DNA of 44,932 bases, counting the filler, from Sphacelaria rigidula (Eukaryota): assembly GCA_964200075.2 (NCBI GenBank). It is 2 parts of 2 records of this genome, joined end to end, with 100 filler letters (N's around TTAATTAATTAA, not from the genome) between each part and the next. Parts side by side here need not be neighbours in the genome. Positions count along the whole stretch, not along the records: positions 22,520 to 44,932 come from CAXNAA020000336.1; 1 more part is not named here. One strand, 5' to 3'. Positions 36,213-44,932 of the stretch are shown in pieces (position 1 is the stretch's first letter; every line of letters begins with the position of its first letter). Made by a program: the position numbers and the translations under genes. A model generated the notes under the pieces. It saw only the letters and a program-made list of their open reading frames with translations. It was not told the DNA's origin and made no database searches.

Positions 36213-37084
36213 GTTGGTGCCGTGCACAGTGTCGTGGTGAGCTGTCGAACAAAGGGCGAGACGCACGGCATAGCGTGGCCGCCGCCGCAGCAACAACAGC
36301 ATTATCAACACTAGTAGCGTGCACTATGTCTGTGTTTTTTACGTGCGCTGTACCTTGCATATGTATGTGCGGTATTTGTTTTACCCTTGTGGTGACGGTA
36401 TTGCTTTTTTTGCAGGCGAGGGATGGCGTGAAAGGGACGGGGAGCAAGTTGTCCCTGCGTGCCTGTTTGTGTCGAGATCATTTCTCTCTCTTTTTGTGTT
36501 TCATCACTCCCCAGGTGGCGACAGCACGCCATCGTGATTGGTTGGCGATTCCAATCAAATGGCGATCCCGCGAGTACGCCACTTTTTCAGTCCGTTGACC
36601 CGTCACGGTACCATGGAGTATTTTGGTCGTCATTTGTTGTGTCAGCGCTCTGTGTCCCGGTCCTCCTCCTTCTCCGTCCCCATGCACACGATCCGACTGA
36701 CCAAGGGTGTAGCGTTCGTATGATGACACTCACATGTCCCCTTCATTTCCTGTCCGTTCGGATCGAACAGGACGTGGCCTGTAGTCTGGGAGACGGCGTG
36801 AATGAGACGGTTGGCGGCCTTTGGAAACAGGTGATATATATATATAAAAAGACATATGATACCACATGAAGTCCACACCTAGCTCGTGCAGTATTGCAAG
36901 CTAACTTCCGAGTATCTTCGTTGCCCTATCTCAGGTCTTGCATATTCATCAGTGTAGTCTTCCTTTCCTGCCCGTGGCTTGTAGTGGAGAGGTTGGCGTG
37001 CAGTTCAAATTGCATATGGACTTTTCGTTTTCAGAGTACTACGTTGACTCATATGATCAATATGCGACCTAATTCGAAAGTGTC

Positions 37085-37271
37085 AATATTACTATTATTA
37101 CTATTATTACTATTATTATTACTATTATCATTACTATTACTATTACTATTACTATTACTATTATTATTACTATTATTATCATTACTATTATCATTACTGT
37201 TATTATTACTATTACTATTACTATTATTACCATGATTATTATTATCATGATTATTTTTATTATTATTATTA

Positions 37272-37308
<37 letters not shown>

Positions 37309-37333
37309 TAGCATTATTATTATTATTATCATG

Positions 37334-37387
<54 letters not shown>

Positions 37388-37405
37388 ATCATCATCATCA
37401 TCATG
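37085..37405. repeat. Compound (TAT/TAC)n-(ATT)n-(ATC)n microsatellite
   Basis: Direct reading; it produces the spurious poly-L and poly-I ORFs. Confidence 0.97.
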
Positions 37406-39121
37406 ATCAAGATTTGTATAGGATAATATACCGACAAGGGGATTCGAACCGTCTTACTGCGTTGCTTGCCTTGATTTCTGTCACGAGAAGGGTTCGGCCG
37501 TCCCTTTCCCTCGTCGATAGCTGAATCGAATATTGTTTGCTGGCGAAATGATCGCTTCCCACTTTTCCTTGTAAGCACGTTGTGAGCGAGAACCCACATG
37601 GTGTGACTTCATCGAGTACCGAACTCATGACCAAACCGTCACATTGTTTTCGAGGATACCAACTAAAACTCCGGGACAACCGGCTATGTCATTTACTTAT
37701 TATTATCATTATTATCATTTTTTTATCATTATTAGGGAAAATGATTCTCCGCTCGATACTGGGATCAAGTGAGCAAAATGATCCGCCGCTCCATACTGGA
37801 ATCAAGTAAGTGTATGATTTTTCTCGGAACACTAATTTACGTCAAACGCACGGACTGAAGAGGAGAAAACAGTCACACTTCTTTATCAAACTGCAAACGC
37901 AGGTCGAAGGTTATCCCGTCGGAGAATCACTACCCATTGAGTTTTGATAACCCAGTATTCTGTATACCACCAATCCGACACAGTAATTTATATCAAAACC
38001 AACCTTCCATTACTACAGCAAAGTAAACGGCTCGGCAAGAGTCACAAAAAAACGCGGAGCAGTTCAACGGTCTCGACAAAACAGAAGAGACCACAAACAG
38101 CAAAAATGTTTTCGACCCACTACACAGCCTGCCACGGAAGCGCGGACAAGAACATGTTCTGTCCCTTTCACATTACTGGCGACACCCTGCGCTGTACATG
38201 GGTGTAAGCTTTCAATGATATAAAACAATGCAGTACAGGAGTGTTCTTCACAAGCCCTGAAAGCCAACAGCGCGGTGTGGCATGGCATGCTGCTAAAGAG
38301 CCATCGCAAATGAAGTACTGATTCCCAAAGACATGCTGCAGCCTGCCACGGAAGAGCGGACAAAAACCAAGCCACAGTATATTTTCATGTTGTCCTCTTT
38401 ATTGTCCGCTAAGACTTTCTGTTTCACGCATGTTGTACAGAACGGACCCGCGAGCAAGGGCAGTCCCGCTGAGCGTTTCGGGTTACGTCAGGAATAGATC
38501 CCAATAAATCGGGAGGTCGTGCTTTCTACCCCATACTGATTCCTTTCACGTTGGATTCAATGCAGTCGTTATTCCGGTGAGGCCGAAAGTGGAGGTTTTG
38601 GCCAGGGGTCCAAACCAGTGTTCCGTTTCATACTAAGAGCAGGCCGGTTCTGTTGACGATATTTCCGTTCTCCCCTGTTATTTTCTTCTCACAGCTATCT
38701 CCGTGCTGACACAGTTTCTCTCAGAAGTTCTCCCCCGACTCTGCTCCGCAAATCCATGCTTGGAGTATCATTTTTTTCCATTGCGAGCCATCATATTTGC
38801 ATCTCTGCAGGTTTCACAACAGCCCTAACGGCTTGCCGCTTTTTGGCGCAAATCGGCCCCCCACAGGCGCCGATTCGAGGTCTACCAACGCACACTTTGC
38901 CCATTAATGGGACACCGTTATGCACATGCATTTCTTACCCGAGAGTTCTTTGTTTTGTGTTGGTGTGTGGAGGTTAGGGTGACCGTTAGCTTGAACGTTT
39001 GACGAAATCGATGTTCAAACCATGAAATTGGGGGGAGCCGTGTTGGGGAGAACCCCCTCCCTGCCCCCGGCTTATGCGCGTATGTTGTATATGTATACAT
39101 CTGGCGACGCTCGTTCGCATG

Positions 39122-39165
<44 letters not shown>

Positions 39166-39185
39166 GGATGCTGTTTGATCTCTAG

Positions 39186-39344
39186 GCCTGGGAATCAGCG
39201 GCGGGCATCTGTGCGGGCGCCGCGACCACGGGGAACAACGTGGCAAAGAGCGCCGCGGGTACGGCGGATCGCGCTGCGGCCATTACCAGCGGTGCGGCGG
39301 AGTACGTCACGGCGACCGCGCGTAACACGGTCGAGGGGATCAAG
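39186..39344 (+). CDS. Predicted internal exon (AWESAAGICAGAATTGNNVAKSAAGTADRAAAITSGAAEYVTATARNTVEGIK)
   Basis: TCTAG acceptor after a (GT)n tract, AAG|GTGATG donor, phase 0-0, and GC-rich codons against the surrounding intron. Confidence 0.7.
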
Positions 39345-40689
39345 GTGATGACGTGATCCACCATCAGCATCGGCTAGGGATGTACATGCGGCAATACAAA
39401 TAGCCCGATATCATCGTTGAATTTACATCAAATACCACGACATGAGCACGGAAAGCTGCCTGGCATGATGAATTATATCATGATGTCTATCAGGATATCT
39501 ATAGACTTTGGGTGATGAGTCATGCACACCCCTAGCATCGGCAATAGTTATAATTACAGTGGGCAAACCTATGTGGAGCAATACCGTGTGGACGTTGGTG
39601 TGTCAAGAAAGCAATCATCATTTACAGTGTATAGGTCACCATACTTCGTTCAAGAGAGTGCCTCACACTGAAGCCTCATGCTTGAAACGGCGGTATACAC
39701 GCAAAATACCTAGCTAAATGTTCATACAGATGAAAATACTTGTTGAAGAGGTACTTAATACAGGCCCACATACTAATGTACTTGTGGCCACGGGTGGATT
39801 CATGGTGCCTCAGTTGATGTACGACAATCAATCACTCAATCTCCTCCTGTATAGGTATCACTCTCTGATTTGAACGGAAGCGCCACGTTTGAGGTTCTCG
39901 TCGCTACAAACCCGCGATTCGGCGTTTTCAGTCGCCCCCCCGCCCCGACCCTCATGCGAGGCTGCCATCCGTAGGCAAGATGATCAATCAGTACGCTTCG
40001 GGCCGAACGTTCTCAGCAGGATGCAGCTCACTCCTTACGCAACTCAGCGAACAAATCACGGCGCTTCGCGCTTGTGATTGATTGCGAGCCTGGTCCGTCA
40101 AAATCTCGGCGTGCTCCGTCCCGGCTTAGTAGGAGTGCGAGGTCAACGGTCATATGACCATGGTGTGCAATACAAATGAGAACACCTCCCCCCTCCCTGA
40201 CAGGATCAGGTTCAAGTATGAGAGTAGTGAAAAGAACCAGGGTCATTATCAAACATATCAGTCTCGCGGGCGAGAGGTCAGCGATGTCACTTTGAAGTTT
40301 GTGCGAGAAGATAATGTGTTTGTGTAGAGATGTCAGCATGATGTGTGCACGGAACTATTGAAGCGTCAAACTATGTTTTCGTGTGGAAACCTTTTTCTTT
40401 CCGTGTGACGCAATATAACAGTCGGCTGTCGGCGACTTCGCCTCCGCAATTGGATCAAGTCGGGATCGGGCGGTGTCGAGCATCGTCGGAATTTTCGGGA
40501 AAGTGTTCAGCTATCCCATCAGCTTGGTGCAGACCGTGCTGCGAACCAAGGACAACGGTGAGCGAGCAGTATGAAATCATTATGTTTTCGTGAGATCTTG
40601 TTGGAGAACGTTGCTGGACAAGGTTCTTGAAGAGTGCACGTTGTAACCACCTGCTGGGTTCGACCTACATCATGGCACCGCAGCGTGCA

Positions 40690-41372
40690 CGAGAAGTCGT
40701 GCTTTTGGCGACGGAAACGCGTTCTCGTCACGTCACGTCCCGACCCAAACAAGAACGTTCCCGTCCGGTCCCGTCTTTTTGGGAACATTTCCGATATGTT
40801 TCACGTGAATTTTCGTCAAGTTGGACGGGACTTCCCTTCATCGAAACGGTACTTCCCGTATTTTGTTTCAGTAACTCTAGTATCCCTTGCACATGTGGGT
40901 TGTGGGAACGTGATTTTGATTTTTGGAGTCCAGTCTTGTCCTTTCCACAACCCGTTTTTGTATTCCACGTGAACGAATGAACGGTGACGGTTATCGTAAC
41001 TAGGGCTCATTACGAGACTTGGGGACGAGGTGGGACCGTTTGGCCGTCGCAAAACATACAATGGGCTGTATCGGCGGCTGCCCTCGCTATTTTGAGTAAA
41101 TGGAACTGCTTCGGATGTTGTACCACAAAATTGAGACAGTCGCGACCGTCCATCCTTTCCATGTGAGACCTAAAATGAACTGTGGGCAGGACTGGAACTC
41201 GACAATCAAAAGCAGACGCCCACGATCCGCTCGTGCAGATAGGTGATCCTCTTCCCATGAGATTGAACGGGAATTCCCATTCTGCTGACCGGAATTCCCG
41301 TGCAAAATATCGGGAATTTTCGCGTGTGGACGAGTGGCGACGTGAACGCGTTTCCGTCCCGTGCGATTTTCG
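40690..41372. mobile_element. Old foldback/MITE with long diverged inverted arms
   Basis: gacggaaacgcgttctcgtc on the left matches the reverse complement gacggaaacgcgttcacgtc on the right. ttccgatatgtttcacgtgaatt matches ttcccgatattttgcacgggaatt. Confidence 0.65.
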
Positions 41373-41667
41373 ATGCCGTTTCCCTCCCTTGTCAAACCCC
41401 TGTCGAGGCCGGTGATAATTTCTCCGTGACCGTGTCCAGGTGTCGCTGCGCCAAATCATGAGCACATCGCACTTGTTTCGAAGGGGTTATACACACCAAA
41501 CAAAGTCCCGTCGAAGGTCTCGGGAAATCGGAAGAGATGATCAGTGAATATTGAATGTCATGCAAGCAACGCTTCGTGCCTGTCCTGCCATACTAACGCT
41601 TTGTATGAGTCCTCTTGTTTTATATGTCTTTTGCATTCGGTGCTGTTTCGCTGGTCCTTGCTCGCAG

Positions 41668-41772
41668 AACCTCCGCCGGAAGAATGGCACACTGAGTCCT
41701 CCGTGTCTGCCGTCGCCGAGGACGACCAGCGTACCCGCCCGCGTTCACCACAAAATCTCATGCGGACGATAG
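41668..41772 (+). CDS. Predicted terminal exon (NLRRKNGTLSPPCLPSPRTTSVPARVHHKISCGR*)
   Basis: Pyrimidine-rich tract and CGCAG acceptor; the phase-0 frame is open to TAG at 41770-41772. Confidence 0.5.
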   Translation, partial: NLRRKNGTLSPPCLPSPRTTSVPARVHHKISCGR

Positions 41773-41844
41773 ACGGTGCCTGGGGCGTTTGGGGATGAAG
41801 GCGCGATATACGAACAAGCGCACCCCTTGTGGAGCTTTGTGTAT

Positions 41845-41972
41845 ATCAATCAATTCATGTGCACCAATAAGGTCGTGAAGACTTCAATTTTGACACTGTA
41901 ATGTACTGATCAATTAATTCATGTGCACCAATAAGGTCGTAAAGACTTCAATTTTGACACTGTGATGTACTG
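41845..41972. repeat. 64-bp tandem duplication (3 mismatches) in the predicted 3' UTR
   Basis: 41845-41908 versus 41909-41972. Confidence 0.95.
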
Positions 41973-43639
41973 TGCTGTGCTGTGCCGTGTGCGCAGTGTT
42001 GTGTGTAGAATGTGCTTTTCGTTAGGGGAAGGCTGATTTTGGTTGGGTTTCGAGCCATGCTTGCTGGTACTGTACAAAGGGGAACATGTCGTGTAAGCAC
42101 GTGTACATACAAGCACGAAGGTGGCCAACATAGGTAAAGGCGTGAGTGATTGAAAGCGTTGCTATTATGCATGGGAAGACCGACTGTGTGTCGTCTGTTG
42201 TTGTTGTTGCACGCCTTTTTCAATTTTGTTGACGTAATTATGCGTCTATTGTTTTTAGATTTCTTCTGAATTGGATATGTCCGTGAAGGTGAATGTTGAA
42301 GAATCACAGAACTCAACGTCTTGCTCTCGCGTTATTTTTCAAGTTAGTCTCGTGGTTATCGGTTGTTCGCCGTGATTTCTCTACTGGTAGATGGCGTCAA
42401 TCGGTCGACGGTATGACATACATATGATTGTGTGTTCTCGCGGCAAGGTACGCGTTGTTGTGGTGTTGATGTGTGGCATGAAAGAACGTAGTGGCAGGGT
42501 AATGACTGTTCGCGGCAGGTATTATGTGTTGTTGTGGTGTTCGTGTGTCGAATGGAGGAACGTGTGGCAGGGGAGCGACTGCAAGTACAAACGCGCAGTT
42601 ACGATACTGTACCGTGTGTGCCGGCACACTGAGAATAAATGCCCAGATCGCATGCAAAAGAGCACACCAGAGTTCAAGTGCTGCGTGATTCACCCAGCTG
42701 GCCAGCCTTTTCCGGTGTTGGCGTGGGAGCGGATGGGGTGTCATCTCGATTCTAAACAGTCATTCCTTCCAGATCCCTCTTAACAGCACGTCCGTTTACT
42801 GTAGCGTTCGACCACGGGAGTCTGGGCGTTCGAAGGATTCAATATCCAAGTGACCGTGATGATGCGGATCCAAGAGACGAATTCGTGGACCTACACTATC
42901 GAAGGATTACCGAACGAACGCCATCTATTTTCGTTTTCGTTACATCTTGTTCTCCTTGTCATCATCCATCAAGACCACTTCTCCTCGCCTGCGTGAGGTG
43001 AAATTGAGACATGTGATGGTAGGAGAGGAAGACGACGACGGTGCGCGTGTCAGCACCGCACCGACAAGCGGACACAGTGGACATGGGGGCAGCGCAGAGT
43101 GGGGCAACGGTGTGTATTCAAATGGAGAGTTCAGCGTACCTAAAGAGATAAATCATCGGCAGAGTAGAGGCCGAGATGATCCCCGGAACCCCAACACCGA
43201 ACCCAACTTGCGTGGTGGAAGTTCAGGAAGTTCGGTCGAATGCTCCACGAGCTGCGCCGCCCTAAAAGCTGAAAAAACCTTTGACCGAACATATCTCAAG
43301 AACCGCGGCTACATATCGCTCAGTGAAGATATTGCTGTGGGGGGAGATCGTCATACGGGAACTGGTCGTGTGCCGGGAATACAGTGGGTCAGGTACAGGT
43401 CGAACCGCCGTCTAATGGTCAGACCGTCTCCATCACAGGGGAGAAAACGTGGGTTCATTCCCATCACATGCTTCCCCCCTCCTTCGAAATATGATATTTC
43501 CACCGTCGAAAACGCGAGGACATGGAGCGCCCCAATCCAAGACTGCAACGTCACGAACACCGAACTAAATCGAAATTGAAAGCGCCCTGGACACAGGGCA
43601 ATCTATATAGTTTACATTCTGCCACTATGTGAGTTCTAC

Positions 43640-43930
43640 TCTCTATTGCTTCGTCACGGGGGCAATTCCTTTTCCTCCTCCATTCGAATACTGCATACCC
43701 TTTCTTCTTCCTGGCAGGTCCAGGTTCTCCACCCGAAATTCAATTATTATTGTAGTTTGCACTTTTTTCGCCGAGTCCATTGGGCCATGCAGAGATGTGT
43801 TTTCACCCCTATCCCCTGTCTCAACCTACCATAAAGCTTCAAGTGATCTTCCTTCTTGTCTACTTTTCGTCATATCGCTTGTTTCTCCATTATTCCTTTT
43901 ATGTTCAGAGCTTACTGTGTTTGAACCCCT
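43640..43930 (-). mobile_element. LINE ORF2 C-terminal fragment
   Basis: caggtccaggttctccacccgaaat and gtccattgggccatgca are homologous to ~35380-35445. Confidence 0.75.
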
Positions 43931-44100
43931 CGCATTCACCTATATAGTCCTATTGAAGGATGGTAGTATGCGTCAACCATCGTTTTCAGCTATGTGACGT
44001 CGGATAAACAAAGAACGGTCATGCGTAGACGTCAGAATCAGCCGACCGATTCCGTGATAACACCCCCCCTCCCCCAGAAAAACGGCTGGTTAAGTGCTTG

Positions 44101-44932
44101 TCTTTTGAATTGCCTTTTTCATTCATATGTCCGGGCCCGAAGGCAAGAGAGAGAGAAATGAATGACTGCTTCCAGGGCACGATCTCTAAACCCTTCTGCC
44201 ATAGACTATCGTGCCCCTGCTCATGAAAACTGTCTCTCTCTCTCTTACAACAGCCAGGGGGACACATAAACGCTCCTAACGTACGTGAAAATATCAAACG
44301 ACCAAGTCCCCAAATGGTACTCTACCAATAGTTCACCCTATATCAAGCAATCCCTCTCCCTTCCCTTCCACCTTCGAAAGAAAACGGGTGGGTGGGCGGG
44401 AAAAGGCGCACTTCATCGATAAAACTTGTTGGCCCCTGTCGAACTGACCCAACTCCTTCTATGCTCTCTCTGTCCACCTTTTGTGTCTCCAACCTACGCT
44501 GATTTGCGTCTCCTTGTTTTGACTATCCGTGGGCTTTCCCACAAACTGAACGCTTGGGGCTGACTATTCAACTGTTCCTCCGTGGCCCTCGAAAGCGGCT
44601 GAAGTAGTAAAAAGGCGGCTGACTATTTGACTGTTCCTCCGTGACCCTAAAAGAGCGGCTGAACTAATAGACGCCTCTTTGGCCAACTCGATCTTTGCAA
44701 TGACCGACGGTTTGCTTTTTTCTGAACAAACCTCCCCTTTGTTGCTTTTCTTTTGAATTGCCTTTTCCATTAATATTTTCGGGCCCGAAGGCAAGAGAGA
44801 GAGACGACGACGACGACTGCTTGCAGGGCACGATCTCTAAGCCCTTTTGCCATAGACTATCGTGCCTCTGCTCATGAACACTGTCTCTCTCTCTCCCTCA
44901 GAACAACCAGGGGGACACATAAACGCTCCTAA
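44101..44932. repeat. ~180-bp direct repeat at 648-bp spacing, containing a hairpin; second copy runs off the window
   Basis: 44101-44279 resembles 44749-44932 (tcttttgaattgcc..cgggcccgaaggcaagagagagaga..gggggacacataaacgctcctaa). Confidence 0.9.

Noticed and set aside
37430-37455. tRNA gene (minus-strand GGTTCGAATCC B box)
   Set aside because: No A box or cloverleaf upstream; at most a SINE fragment.
36894-37599. Poly-Leu and poly-Ile membrane-protein-like ORFs
   Set aside because: These are translations of a trinucleotide microsatellite.
42947-43579. 210-aa ORF as a host gene
   Set aside because: Non-ATG start, no recognisable domain or splice context, and it lies among repeats. It may be a gag-like remnant, but I cannot support that.
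44150-44245. Hammerhead ribozyme or SECIS element in the hairpin
   Set aside because: The hammerhead core CTGATGA..GAAA is absent on both strands, and I could not fit the SECIS quartet geometry.

Overview
Repeat-dense eukaryotic genomic DNA. The LINE family, the intron style and the roughly balanced GC suggest a brown alga or other stramenopile; this host assignment is an inference. An artificial 100-bp scaffold linker (44 N + TTAATTAATTAA + 44 N, 22420-22519) splits the window into two parts that may not be adjacent in the genome. The left part is mostly decayed transposons: two internally deleted chromodomain-bearing Gypsy elements, several foldback/MITE elements, a MULE-like MITE with a 9-bp TSD, and a hAT-like element filled with a palindromic 41-bp repeat. 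It also holds a long, heavily frameshifted minus-strand relic whose residual motifs read as CxC + KDZ (Kyakuja-Dileera-Zisupton) transposase + Ulp1 protease. Downstream of that relic, on the same strand, is an apparently intronless decayed TPR-SET-MYND (SMYD-like) gene. The right part holds one predicted five-exon plus-strand gene (~351 aa, unknown function, 24001-41772) whose introns contain LINE fragments, MITEs and microsatellites. The best candidate for something new is a KDZ/Zisupton-type transposon that may carry a SET-MYND lysine methyltransferase as cargo. All protein calls come from manual reading of frameshifted motifs, not from database searches.
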